Shown here in pieces: positions 28,752-38,422 of a stretch of 64,000 nucleotides of DNA. Position 1 is the stretch's first letter. Every line of letters begins with the position of its first letter. Below the pieces are notes generated by a model that had not been told where the DNA came from, did not search any database, and saw nothing but the letters and a program-made list of their open reading frames with translations. The translations under genes were made by a program, and so were the position numbers. The stretch is from an uncultured Candidatus Saccharibacteria bacterium (GTDB lineage Bacteria; Patescibacteriota; Minisyncoccia; Phycocordibacterales; PALSA-1337): positions 39,477 through 103,476 of the forward strand of contig CAZBVQ010000001.1 in assembly GCA_964495685.1 (NCBI GenBank), written 5' to 3'.

Positions 28752-30275
28752 GTCATAGAGGGATGAACGGTATTGGATAGCTTCTAGGATATCATCACTA
28801 TCAATGTGTTCTCTGCCGCACAGGTCAGTGATTGTTTGTGCCACTTTGATGATTCGATGGAAGGCCCGGCCTGATAGGCCGAGACGTTCTGCGGATGATC
28901 TCAATGTCGAGCGTGCACGGTCTGACATGTTAATACAGACATCTAGGTCACGTGCCCCCAGTTCACTATTGCAGGATCTTGATATGCCATGGGCCGCACA
29001 TCGTTGCGCTTGGCGCCGTCGAGCTTCGTGTACCCGTTCGCGTATTGCAGCTGACGTCTCGCTCACGTGGGTGATACTAGACAGTCGTGCATAATCTATC
29101 TTGGTTACGGGTATCCATATATCGATACGATCCATGATGGGCTGTGATAGGCGACGGCGATAATTCCTGATGATGTGTTCTGGGCAGGTACAGCCCGCGT
29201 CGCGCCCTAGGCCGCAGGGACAAGGATTCATCGAGCCGATGAGAATACACTGTGCAGGGAAGGTGACACTGCTATGCGCTCGTGAAATAGTGATCTCTCG
29301 ATCTTCGAGAGGTTGGCGCATGGCCTCGATGACATGGTGATCGAACTCGGGGAATTCATCCATGAACAAGACGCCTCGATGAGCGAGTGTTATTTCTCCT
29401 GGCCGTGGTGTATTGCCTCCACCTACAATCGAGGCATACGATGCAGTATGGTGTGGTGAACGGAGAGGTGGACGGCGAGCCAGTCCGTGTATGGGCATGT
29501 GTGCCGCTGAATGGATACTAGTCACCTCGATTGAGTGCTCATATGACAGATCAGGAAGTAGCGAGTGGAAACTTCGGGCAAGCATGGTTTTGCCAGTGCC
29601 TGGTGGTCCATACAAAATGCTGTTGTGGCCTCCGGCGGCGGCGATTTCCAAGCCACGTTTGGCGGTTTCGTTGCCACGTATGTGCGCGATGTCATGTTCT
29701 GTGGTCGGAGGAGGTGGCGTTTCATGTATATCGAGTCGGGCAGGTGTCAGGTGTGTCTGTCGCTGGAGATGGCTGATTATTTCACGGAGTGATGATATGC
29801 CGTACACAGTGATATCTCGCGCAAGGACGGCCTCGGCAATATTTTCTTGAGGTACGAATAATGCGGTGAACCCTTGTCGGGCGGCTTGGCATGCGATAGG
29901 TACCACGCCATTGATCTTGCGTATATGTCCGTCTAGGGAAAGTTCTCCGAGAAAGAGAGACCTCTCTGATTCGAAATCAATATCGCCACTTGCCTGTAGA
30001 TAGGCCAATGCCATGGCGACATCGAACGCGCTCCCCTCTTTGCGTACGTGGGCGGGCGCCAGTGAAATAACAACTTTCTGATTCTTCTGTTTCGGAGACG
30101 TATAGCCACTATTTTTTATTGCTGCTGATATACGATCTTTGGCTTCATCGACCGATCTGTCCCCGAGACCTACGATAGAAAATGCATGTAGTCCATGAGA
30201 TATGTCGACCTCGATGATGACTGGTTGCGAATGCAATCCAACAAGCTGGGCACTATATGTTTTTGCGATATTCAT
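28746..30275 (-). CDS. comM: ComM/YifB Mg-chelatase-like AAA+ helicase
   Basis: IVGL.D..V.EA.DR, GELSLDG, GPPGTGKTMLA, RSPHHT, GEITLAHRGVLFMDE and MNPCPCG. Start at ATG 30275. Confidence 0.95.
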   Translation of the reverse strand: MNIAKTYSAQLVGLHSQPVIIEVDISHGLHAFSIVGLGDRSVDEAKDRISAAIKNSGYTSPKQKNQKVVISLAPAHVRKEGSAFDVAMALAYLQASGDIDFESERSLFLGELSLDGHIRKINGVVPIACQAARQGFTALFVPQENIAEAVLARDITVYGISSLREIISHLQRQTHLTPARLDIHETPPPPTTEHDIAHIRGNETAKRGLEIAAAGGHNSILYGPPGTGKTMLARSFHSLLPDLSYEHSIEVTSIHSAAHMPIHGLARRPPLRSPHHTASYASIVGGGNTPRPGEITLAHRGVLFMDEFPEFDHHVIEAMRQPLEDREITISRAHSSVTFPAQCILIGSMNPCPCGLGRDAGCTCPEHIIRNYRRRLSQPIMDRIDIWIPVTKIDYARLSSITHVSETSAAIRERVHEARRRQAQRCAAHGISRSCNSELGARDLDVCINMSDRARSTLRSSAERLGLSGRAFHRIIKVAQTITDLCGREHIDSDDILEAIQYRSSLYDL

Positions 30276-30360
30276 GGAGGGCACTGTATCAGGGTCGTAT
30301 GAAGAAATAATGAAGAATCGATGAACATTCGCTGAAGATGTGTTCGCGTGGTCTAGTAAT

Positions 30361-30394
30361 ACACACAACCGCCTCGAGTGAGGCGGTTGTGTGT
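30361..30394. terminator. 15-bp stem hairpin downstream of the dksA-like gene
   Basis: ACACACAACCGCCTC-GAGT-GAGGCGGTTGTGTGT with a weak U-tail. Confidence 0.55.
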
Positions 30395-30414
30395 GCGGAT
30401 GAAATACGGTCGGG

Positions 30415-30777
30415 TTAGTGGGTATGTTTGATGGATGTGCGTGCCGAAGGGTTGGCCATCAGACGGTCTTCTTCGATGGGTGTGCCACATTTCTCGCAGA
30501 TGCCATATGTTCCTTTGGCTATACGATCAAGTGCAGCATTGACTTCGGATAACTGGGTGTCGAGCTGACTCACAATGCCAGTATTGTCCTCGAGTTCCTC
30601 GAGTTTGTCGGCTACCTCATTCTCGTCAGCCGAATCGATGTCCATGTCGCCACTGGTCGCTTCCCATGAACCTGGTGCCTCAGGATTGGGTCGGCCGATG
30701 CCAGCGAGCTGATGTTCGAGGTCAGTCTTTTCTGCCAGTAATTTGTTCTTGAATTGTTCGATGGTCTTCTTGTTCAT
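30415..30777 (-). CDS. DksA/TraR-family protein
   Basis: Coiled coil followed by ALDRI..GTYGICEKCG.PI..DRL.ANP.A. Confidence 0.9.
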   Translation of the reverse strand: MNKKTIEQFKNKLLAEKTDLEHQLAGIGRPNPEAPGSWEATSGDMDIDSADENEVADKLEELEDNTGIVSQLDTQLSEVNAALDRIAKGTYGICEKCGTPIEEDRLMANPSARTSIKHTH

Positions 30778-30786
30778 GCCTCTATC

Positions 30787-32244
30787 TTATCGCACGAAGA
30801 CACGCTTTTCAAGTCTTGTTATGAGTTCTGAGAGAGTTGATTCGGTGCCAGTGATGACGAGGTGGGTGCTATCGACGAATGAATACACGAAAGCGACAGA
30901 TCCATCTTGAGTACGGAAGACGCGCACGTCCTTGTTCTTGATGATTCTGTCCTCGAATGAGCCACGGCGAGTGTTGTTCGAGGGCATAGCATATTCGGTC
31001 GATGTGGCGATGGTGGTCTGGGTACGCGTGCTTGTGGCGACGATTGTCGAGGTTGCCACAGTGGTCGATCCCGTAGGTGGTAGTACGTTGTTAATGTTGG
31101 CCAGCGGGTCGATCGATGTTGCTGATGCTGGCTCATTAGATACACCGGCCACAGGAGTGGTATAGAGGTAATACTTGAGATCATCGGCCATGACCCGCTC
31201 CCATTGCAGCATGCCTGCGAAGGTGTTCTGGAAGAAATCTGTCGTCAGCACCACGAACACATCTTTATTACCAGAAGCATCAGTATATATACCGAGCATC
31301 CATGGTAGCGCCAATGAACGCGTCAGTATATTGGGCACATTCAGGTCCAGACTTGTCAGTGCTTGAGGGCCACCGATCCGAGTTGCACTAGTATCAGTGG
31401 TGCGCATCATGAGTACAATATCGCGTATGGTGTTTGGCTCCTGGGGCCGATTGAGTTCGGCAGATACTATCGTATGCAAAGTGGCCGGATTCGGTTGTGC
31501 TAGTACGATCGTTCGCTGATCATCTGATGGGACGATGCTCGGTAGGGACGCCTGCTGGGGTGGGGGCGGGGTTACTGGTGCTAGAGCGCTCTGGCTGTAC
31601 AAATAATATGCACCGTATGCTCCTCCACCGAGCAGGAGCAACGAAACGAGAAGCAGGAGTATTTTTTTGAGTGCCGAATGATCGGTGACAGGGGTATTGC
31701 TGATAGTTGGACCAGAATTTTGGGGCGATTGTTTGGCCTGCTCTGCTAGGGCCATTGATGTTGAGGACACATGTCGATGGCTCATGGCTTCGGCGACATC
31801 CCCCTCGTATGTCCTGATGGGCTTGATTAGACTATTCGGCGTCGGGGATGGTTGAGCGGGTGTCGTAATCGTTGGATTAACTACGGGTGCTGGTGGAGTG
31901 GAGACTCGCGCGGCCTGAAGAGGCGATGAATACTGGATTCGATCGAGTGTCCCTCCTACTGCGCGTCCGATTTCTTCTTGCAATGAGAGCTTCGCCGGTC
32001 GTTCAGTGACTGATGGTGACGGAGGGGTCGGGGGTGCGATAACTGGCGTCGCTTCTGATGACGGTGCCATTTTTTGCACGGGGGTATCTACTGGCCGAGT
32101 GGGGGGTGCGACCGGAGGTCGAGTGGACGTGAATGGAGACGACTCGAATGAGCCGATGTTCTTGTCGAGGAGTTCATCAGGTATCGGTGGACGAGATGCT
32201 GCTGGGGTCGGAGGTTGAGGTGTTGTGAGATCTTCAGAATCCAT
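30787..32244 (-). CDS. Hypothetical protein with Pro-rich N-terminus and single TM helix
   Basis: IRTYEGDVA, TM helix, FAGMLQWE and F.D.IIKNKDVR motifs. Confidence 0.8.
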   Translation of the reverse strand: MDSEDLTTPQPPTPAASRPPIPDELLDKNIGSFESSPFTSTRPPVAPPTRPVDTPVQKMAPSSEATPVIAPPTPPSPSVTERPAKLSLQEEIGRAVGGTLDRIQYSSPLQAARVSTPPAPVVNPTITTPAQPSPTPNSLIKPIRTYEGDVAEAMSHRHVSSTSMALAEQAKQSPQNSGPTISNTPVTDHSALKKILLLLVSLLLLGGGAYGAYYLYSQSALAPVTPPPPQQASLPSIVPSDDQRTIVLAQPNPATLHTIVSAELNRPQEPNTIRDIVLMMRTTDTSATRIGGPQALTSLDLNVPNILTRSLALPWMLGIYTDASGNKDVFVVLTTDFFQNTFAGMLQWERVMADDLKYYLYTTPVAGVSNEPASATSIDPLANINNVLPPTGSTTVATSTIVATSTRTQTTIATSTEYAMPSNNTRRGSFEDRIIKNKDVRVFRTQDGSVAFVYSFVDSTHLVITGTESTLSELITRLEKRVFVR

Positions 32245-32292
32245 TGCTCACATTATATCCTACTGTGCCCATTCGACAAAAAGGGTGCCGTA

Positions 32293-32408
32293 AAACACCC
32301 GTACCTACACATGCGCACGCGCTTCGATGAACAGATCTTGGCACTCACTTGGCGTACCACAACGTCACCTTCATTGAGGCACGTGCGCAGGTGTGGGTAC
32401 GGGTGTTT
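32293..32408. repeat. Long imperfect hairpin at the 3' end of pnp
   Basis: AAACACCCGTACCTACACATGCGCACG versus CGTGCGCAGGTGTGGGTACGGGTGTTT (25/27 complementary), extended by CTTCGATGAA/TTCATTGAGG. Confidence 0.8.
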
Positions 32409-32413
32409 CCCTT

Positions 32414-34570
32414 CTAGTACCTCTTCTTGAATTCTTTGCGGTGGCCTGTGTGACCAGCCGGCTTGGGCATCTCCTCCTTCTTGGTGAAGAAGTCAGGGTT
32501 TGCTTGCTTGATCGAGAGGTTGATGCGGCCTTTGTCATCGATTTCTTTTACAACGACAGGCACCTTGTCGCCTTCTTTGATGTAGGTTTCGACTCGTTCG
32601 ACACGGAATGGTGCAATTTCTGAGACATGCACAAGACCTTCTGCATTTGGACCTATCTTCACAAAGGCGCCAAAGTCCATCATGCGCACCACTTCCCCAT
32701 CAAACTTTTCGCCGGGCATATATTCGCGGGTCATATTGAAGATGATTTCTTTTGCCTTGAGTGCCGTTTCATTTTTTCCTGTGATGAATATCGATCCATC
32801 ATCCTCGATAGTAATATCATCGACATGTGTTACATCGCGGATTTCGTTGATTGTTTTGCCGCCAGTACCGATGACGAGACCGATCTGGTCAGGTTTGATT
32901 TTCATGACAATAATCTCAGGGGCGTTCGGTGAAATCTTTGGTCGAGGTGCAGCAATCTCTTTTTGGATTACGTCGAGAATCTTGAAGCGTGCTGCTTTTG
33001 CTTTTTCAAATGCTTCAGCAAGTATCTTGAGTGGAATACCTCCGACTTTAACGTCCATTTGGACTGCAGTAATACCATCGCGCGTACCAGCTACCTTGAA
33101 GTCCATGTCACCATGGTGATCTTCTGGTCCTTGAATGTCGGTGAGCACCTTGTATTCCTTCTCATTTTTCATCATGAGACCTGAGGCGATGCCGGCGACA
33201 GGGGCCTTGATTGGAACTCCACCATCCATGAGCGCAAGTGTAGAGCCACACACTGATCCCATCGATGTTGAACCATTTGATGCCATAGCTTCTGAGACGA
33301 GACGGATAGTATAAGGAAATGCGTCCTTTGCAGGAATCACTGGAAGCAATGCTTTTTCTGCGAGTGCGCCGTGACCGATCATGCGGCGGTTGGTATTGCC
33401 CACACGTCCTGTCTCACCTGTCGAGAATGGAGGAAAGTTGTAGTGGTGCATGAAGCGTTTATTTTCTTGGACAATGAGTCCATCGACGACCTGTGCATCA
33501 CCGGGGCTTCCCAGCGTAAGGGCTGAGAGAATATGCGTACCTCCGCGATAGAAGATACCGGTACCATGAATGATTGGAGACACTCCGCCAGCTTTGGCGA
33601 AGAGAGGACGGACTTCGTCCATGCCGCGACCGTCTGCACGCTTGCCATTTTTGATAGCTTCTTCGTGAAGGAGTTCGTTGGTGGCCTCCTCGAATGCTTC
33701 CTGAGCCATTGCGGCGTTTCCTTCAGGGAATTTCTCAGCGAACAAGGTGGTCCAGATGCCATTGATCTCACTTATTCCCTCGTGGCCAGGCTTGCCGCTC
33801 ATGACATACTGAGCGAGCTTTGGAGCAATCTCAGCGTCGAAGAGCTCTTGTGTTCCTGGTGTCGCCTGAGGCAATGTGACCTCAGCCTTTTTCTTGCCGA
33901 TTTCTTTGATGATTTTCTCTTGCCAAGCTTGTACCTTTTCAATTTCAGCAGAAGCACGTGTGAGTGCTTCGTTGACGATGTCCTCGCCGACCTCCTTGCT
34001 GCCGACTTCGATCATGTTGATCATGCCATCCTTACCACAAGCGACCATTTCGAGCACGACGCCAGCTTCTTCGCGAGCAGCGAAATCAGGATTGATGAGC
34101 CAATTGCCATCTTTGCCAATACGTACCGCTGACACAGGTCCATTCCAAGGTATGTCTGATACTCCGAGTGCCAATGATGCAGCAATGACTGAAACTACAT
34201 CAGGATCATCTTGGTCGATTGAGAGCGTGGTGATAATAACTTGCACTTCGTTGCGAATCTTCTGGTTGAAGAGCGGTCTGATAGTGCGGTCGACGATGCG
34301 CCCTGAGAGGATAGCCTCTGTGGACGGACGTCCTTCCCTGCGCACGAATCGTGAGCCGAGGATCTTGCCTGTGGCATAGAAGCGCTCCTCGTAATCGACG
34401 GTGAGCGGGAAGAAATCCCCGTCCTTGAGTCCGCCCATAACAGCAGTGGCGAGTACTGTTGTATTTCCGTAACGCAACATGACTGAGCCATTTGCGTTCT
34501 CTGCGAGATCGTTGAATTCGGCGGTCAATGTTTTACCACCAAGCTCGATCGAGTATTCTTTTTTGTTCAT
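32414..34570 (-). CDS. pnp: Polyribonucleotide nucleotidyltransferase (PNPase)
   Basis: FFPLTVDYEE, RIVDRTIRPLF, HHYNFPPFS, SNGSTSM, GDMDFKVAG, and KH and S1 domains. Confidence 0.99.
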   Translation of the reverse strand: MNKKEYSIELGGKTLTAEFNDLAENANGSVMLRYGNTTVLATAVMGGLKDGDFFPLTVDYEERFYATGKILGSRFVRREGRPSTEAILSGRIVDRTIRPLFNQKIRNEVQVIITTLSIDQDDPDVVSVIAASLALGVSDIPWNGPVSAVRIGKDGNWLINPDFAAREEAGVVLEMVACGKDGMINMIEVGSKEVGEDIVNEALTRASAEIEKVQAWQEKIIKEIGKKKAEVTLPQATPGTQELFDAEIAPKLAQYVMSGKPGHEGISEINGIWTTLFAEKFPEGNAAMAQEAFEEATNELLHEEAIKNGKRADGRGMDEVRPLFAKAGGVSPIIHGTGIFYRGGTHILSALTLGSPGDAQVVDGLIVQENKRFMHHYNFPPFSTGETGRVGNTNRRMIGHGALAEKALLPVIPAKDAFPYTIRLVSEAMASNGSTSMGSVCGSTLALMDGGVPIKAPVAGIASGLMMKNEKEYKVLTDIQGPEDHHGDMDFKVAGTRDGITAVQMDVKVGGIPLKILAEAFEKAKAARFKILDVIQKEIAAPRPKISPNAPEIIVMKIKPDQIGLVIGTGGKTINEIRDVTHVDDITIEDDGSIFITGKNETALKAKEIIFNMTREYMPGEKFDGEVVRMMDFGAFVKIGPNAEGLVHVSEIAPFRVERVETYIKEGDKVPVVVKEIDDKGRINLSIKQANPDFFTKKEEMPKPAGHTGHRKEFKKRY

Positions 34571-34580
34571 AGTTCGTATT

Positions 34581-34639
34581 CGTCCCCAGATTTCAGCCTT
34601 GAATGAATCTTGTGATTCAAGCCTGCCTATCTAGGGACG
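34581..34639 (-). promoter_or_regulatory. Stem-loop in the pnp 5' leader
   Basis: CGTCCC.AGAT..CAG.CTTGAAT / ATTCAAG.CTG...ATCT.GGGACG, 10 nt upstream of the pnp ATG. Confidence 0.55.
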
Positions 34640-34692
34640 TAATTAATGGGTAATAAGGAACTGATATGCAATGTAACACGAAGGATATTGAT

Positions 34693-34721
34693 TTGACAAA
34701 TACATTAATACAGTGTACTAT
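34693..34721 (+). promoter_or_regulatory. Sigma70-type promoter
   Basis: TTGACA-17 nt-TACTAT. Confidence 0.65.
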
Positions 34722-34751
34722 TAACTCGAACCCCGAACCCTGAAAGGACAT

Positions 34752-35261
34752 ATGTTAAACAAAGTCGAAATGGAACAATTGTTCCAGCGTCTGAGAAAAG
34801 AGGACCATGACCTGAGGACTGAAATAGATCCTGGGCGTGATATTGCTGAGGATGATGAGATAGAGCGCCAGGCACAGATCCAGCTTGGTAGGAAAATTGC
34901 CAGCGACTACGCCAGCCGTGATCAGCTCGACATTATTGCGGCCAGATATGATTTGGATCCGGATTTGTTCGCTCGTGCTGATATCATGGACTTTTTTCTG
35001 CTTGAGCAAGGGTGGATGCTGACTGCGAGTATGCGTGACTTGGAGGAGTATGAAGCGGCACAGAATCGGTCGTTCGATGAGATGGTCAGAGATGAGGAGT
35101 ACAAATTACAGAATGAGCGTCATCAGCAGCGTTTTGCCGAACTCATGGCCATCCACAAAAATGTGAGAAAAGTACTTGAGATTCTTGGGGAAGAAAGGGA
35201 AAGTCGTCGGCAACAGATGGCAAAGCCGGCACAAACAATACAACTGACCCAACCAAGGTAA
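34752..35261 (+). CDS. Orphan hypothetical protein (charged, helical)
   Basis: 169-aa ORF with its own promoter, RBS (GAAAGGA) and terminator. Confidence 0.75.
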   Translation: MLNKVEMEQLFQRLRKEDHDLRTEIDPGRDIAEDDEIERQAQIQLGRKIASDYASRDQLDIIAARYDLDPDLFARADIMDFFLLEQGWMLTASMRDLEEYEAAQNRSFDEMVRDEEYKLQNERHQQRFAELMAIHKNVRKVLEILGEERESRRQQMAKPAQTIQLTQPR

Positions 35262-35278
35262 GTTGATGATCATCACTG

Positions 35279-35309
35279 ACGGCCGAGGAGTCACCTTGGC
35301 CGTTTTTTT
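35279..35309 (+). terminator. Rho-independent terminator
   Basis: ACGGCCGAGG-AGTCA-CCTTGGCCGT followed by a T run. Confidence 0.8.
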
Positions 35310-35311
35310 AT

Positions 35312-35833
35312 TTACCTCTTCCCTGCACCTCGTAGAAGGTACTTGTTTGGAGCTGTATCAAGATCTGTAAAATGATCCGCAGCTTCAATAAGCTTCGCTG
35401 ATGTGGATTTGCCGAATGAAACAACCTCAACTTGGCAGCCTTGGTTCATCTGGAGATATTCGACGAGTGGACAGAAGTCCCCATCCCCTGTTACGAGGAC
35501 GACAGTGTCGAGTTTTGGTGCCATTTTGACAGCATCGATTGCCATACCCACGTCCCAGTCAGCCTTCTTTGCTCCCGAACTGAATACTTGGAGGTCTTTG
35601 ACCTTGGTTTCAATACCGACCTTAGTAAGTGCGTCGAAAAACCCTGTTTCTTCACCAGATTCGGTGGCGATAACATAGGCTACGGCGCGTACGAGCTTGC
35701 GGTCCTCGAGTGCTTCTTTGACGATTGCGCCAAAATTGACCTTCGAATGGTACAGGTTGCGGCCGCTATGATAGAGATTTTGCGCATCGATGAAAATACC
35801 GACGCGTTGTTCTTTGTGTTTTATGATAGACAT
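35312..35833 (-). CDS. NYN-domain (LabA/DUF88) protein
   Basis: IFIDAQNLY, KADWDVGMAIDA, LVTGDGDF.PLV and S..L..AAD.F. Confidence 0.92.
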   Translation of the reverse strand: MSIIKHKEQRVGIFIDAQNLYHSGRNLYHSKVNFGAIVKEALEDRKLVRAVAYVIATESGEETGFFDALTKVGIETKVKDLQVFSSGAKKADWDVGMAIDAVKMAPKLDTVVLVTGDGDFCPLVEYLQMNQGCQVEVVSFGKSTSAKLIEAADHFTDLDTAPNKYLLRGAGKR

Positions 35834-35839
35834 ATGTAA

Positions 35840-36139
35840 TTAAAAGTACTTAACGATTCCGAGTTGAATAATGTATGAAAGTAGCTCTATAACAATCAGA
35901 AACAGAAAGGAACCTAATATTGAGTATTTCTGTATTTTTATAAGAGTTATAAATGCGATGATGATACCCGCAACGTATCCCGGTATCCCATAGAATGGTG
36001 TAAATGATACCAATCCAAGAAGTATTGAAACAAGTATTGTTCGACCAAACCAACCCTCTTCATTTTGATGAAGAAGTGCGAAAATTATAAACGTAGTTGC
36101 ACAAACGATGAGTGCCGGTTCAATTACATCCAAAGTCAT
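35840..36139 (-). CDS. Small AT-rich membrane protein
   Basis: 99-aa, mostly hydrophobic ORF between rpsO and the NYN gene. Confidence 0.65.
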   Translation of the reverse strand: MTLDVIEPALIVCATTFIIFALLHQNEEGWFGRTILVSILLGLVSFTPFYGIPGYVAGIIIAFITLIKIQKYSILGSFLFLIVIELLSYIIQLGIVKYF

Positions 36140-36158
36140 GGATGTCTATAAGTATACC

Positions 36159-36425
36159 TTATTTCTTGAGATCCAACTTCTTGATGATAGTTGAATAACG
36201 GCGAGGATGGTTCTTCTTGAGGTACGAGAGATGGTTCTGACGATCTGCGACCATACCGAGGAGACCACGACGTGAGTGGTTGTCTTTCTTGTGTTTCTTG
36301 AGGTGGTCGGTCAATTCGGTAATCCTCTTGGAGAGCAATGCAACCTGAACCTCGGCAGAACCGGTGTCCTTGTCGTGGACTGCTGTTTCCTTGATGATTT
36401 TGGTCTTTTGTCGTGTGGTTAACAT
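36159..36425 (-). CDS. rpsO: 30S ribosomal protein S15
   Basis: DTGSAEVQVALL, HLKKHKKDNHSRRGLL. Confidence 0.98.
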   Translation of the reverse strand: MLTTRQKTKIIKETAVHDKDTGSAEVQVALLSKRITELTDHLKKHKKDNHSRRGLLGMVADRQNHLSYLKKNHPRRYSTIIKKLDLKK

Positions 36426-36501
36426 GATTGGCATATCATAGCATGAATAAGGACGGGGCGCAAGACTCTCAAAAACACCTCAAAGACGTTATACTTTACG
36501 C

Positions 36502-37458
36502 ATGTCGCACAATATTCGTGACCTCAAACAGCAATTTCTAGAATACGTCGAGATCGAGAAGGGTCGTTCGGTCAAGACGGTACGCAACTACGACTTTTTT
36601 ATCAGCAAATTCCTCACGTATGGCAAAATAAAGACCGCCGAAGACATTACAGCGGGTGTCGTCCGAGAATTTCGTCTCTGGCTCAATCGTCAGCCAGGAT
36701 GGAAAAGCAAGAATGAGGCTCGTACACTCAAGAAAAACACCCAAAATTACCACCTGATTGCCCTACGCTCATTCCTCAAGTTCCTTGCCAAACGCGGCAT
36801 CAAGTCTCTCTCCCCTGACATGATCGAGCTCGCCAAAGTCGGCCATAGACAGATTGATGTTATCACCCACGACGAGCTTCGACGCCTCATGAATGCCCCT
36901 GATGACGGTTCGCTCACTGCCTTGCGAGACAAAGCCATTCTTGAGCTACTCTTCTCCACTGGTCTACGTGTTGCCGAGCTCTGTTCCCTTTCGCGAGACA
37001 TTGACCTCACTGCCGAAGAATTCACGGTCCGTGGCAAGGGCGACAAAGTGCGTCTGGTATTCCTGTCCCCCGAGGCGCGAACGGCTGTGAAGAGATATCT
37101 TGATGCCAGGAAAGACATGGGAGATGCCCTATTCGTGGAAATAAGTGAGCGTGCCCTCAAGGCCAGCTCTTCTGGCAAGAAAAAAGACGGCAAAGACGCA
37201 GGCGATACTCCCCTGACGACCAGGTCTGTACAGCGGATCATCAAGAAATACGCAATCAAAGCCGGTATTCCCAAGCGTGTCACTCCTCATATGATCAGAC
37301 ACTGCTTCGCTACCGATCTTCTCAGTAATGGTGCAGATATACGCTCGGTGCAGATGTTGCTTGGTCATGCAGATATTAGTACTACTCAGATATATACTCA
37401 CGTGACCGATTCCCAGCTCAAGCAGGTGTACAAACAATTTCACGGGAAGAAGAGATAG
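36502..37458 (+). CDS. XerC/XerD-type tyrosine recombinase
   Basis: RDKAILELLFSTGLRVAEL, VRGKGDKVR, TPHMIRHCFAT and LLGHADISTTQIYTHV. Confidence 0.95.
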   Translation: MSHNIRDLKQQFLEYVEIEKGRSVKTVRNYDFFISKFLTYGKIKTAEDITAGVVREFRLWLNRQPGWKSKNEARTLKKNTQNYHLIALRSFLKFLAKRGIKSLSPDMIELAKVGHRQIDVITHDELRRLMNAPDDGSLTALRDKAILELLFSTGLRVAELCSLSRDIDLTAEEFTVRGKGDKVRLVFLSPEARTAVKRYLDARKDMGDALFVEISERALKASSSGKKKDGKDAGDTPLTTRSVQRIIKKYAIKAGIPKRVTPHMIRHCFATDLLSNGADIRSVQMLLGHADISTTQIYTHVTDSQLKQVYKQFHGKKR

Positions 37459-37473
37459 TGCTACACTTTCCGC

Positions 37474-38265
37474 ATGCGGATTATTTCTTGGAATGTAAAT
37501 GGCATTCGTGCGGTCCTCAAGAAGGACAATTTTCTGCCTTTCATTGAGAAATACGATCCAGACATTCTCTGTCTCCAAGAAACAAAGGCTCAGCAAGGCC
37601 AGGCGGAGGTTGATTTGCCTGAATATGAAGAATATTGGAACTCGGCCGTCAAAAAAGGGTATTCTGGTACTGCTATTTTCACCAAAGTGAAGCCGATTTC
37701 GGTCATAAACGGTATTCCTGATTCGATTTGTGAAAAATTTGGCCTTGTCGCTGATGAATATGGCGATCCTCGTACAGAGGGGCGCGTTATTGCGGCGGAA
37801 TTCGATACTTTTTATGTGGTAACCGTTTATACACCCAATGCCAAGGAAGATTTGAGCCGTATTCCCCTTCGACACAAGCAGTGGGACCCAGCGTTCCTCG
37901 CTTATTGCAAAGAGCTCGAGAAGAACAAGCCAGTCATATTCTGTGGCGACTTGAATGTCGCGCACACTCCTGACGATCTGGCTCGTCCCAAGGAAAATGA
38001 GGGCCTCAAAGGGTTCACCAAGGAAGAACGTGAAGGTTTTGATAATATGCTTGCCGGCGGCTTCCTTGATTCATTCAGACTTTTCCATAAGGGCAACGGT
38101 TTTTATACCTGGTGGTCACACTGGGCCAATGCACGTGAACGCAATGTTGGCTGGAGAATTGACTACGTTCTTGTCTCGAAAATATTGAAAAGTAAGGTCA
38201 AAAAGGCCGCAATTCTCGATGAGGTCATGGGATCAGACCACTGTCCGGTGATGATTGAGATATAG
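37474..38265 (+). CDS. xth: Exodeoxyribonuclease III
   Basis: ISWNVNGIRA, CLQETK, GYSGTA, CGDLNVAH, GWRIDY and GSDHCP. Confidence 0.97.
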   Translation: MRIISWNVNGIRAVLKKDNFLPFIEKYDPDILCLQETKAQQGQAEVDLPEYEEYWNSAVKKGYSGTAIFTKVKPISVINGIPDSICEKFGLVADEYGDPRTEGRVIAAEFDTFYVVTVYTPNAKEDLSRIPLRHKQWDPAFLAYCKELEKNKPVIFCGDLNVAHTPDDLARPKENEGLKGFTKEEREGFDNMLAGGFLDSFRLFHKGNGFYTWWSHWANARERNVGWRIDYVLVSKILKSKVKKAAILDEVMGSDHCPVMIEI

Positions 38266-38363
38266 TCTAGGCCCGGCCTAGACTCGACATTACCCAAAAT
38301 TGTTGGGTAATTTTACTATGGTGTTGAGCTCTATAAATACAAAAAAGTTGAATTTGGGCAAAA

Positions 38364-38422
38364 CCCACCTTCGCTCCCTCCTCTGCTGAAGCTACGGCGG
38401 GCAAGAAAGATTCGGCAGGCAA
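38364..38422. repeat. CCTTCGC...GCTACGGCGGGCAAG-type dispersed repeat
   Basis: Similar to CCTCCTTCGCCAGAGGTTACAGAGGGCAA and GCTTGCCCGCC at 40759-40828. Confidence 0.5.

Noticed and set aside
32293-32408. SRP 4.5S RNA
   Set aside because: Lacks the CAGG-GNRA-AGCAG helix 8 motif
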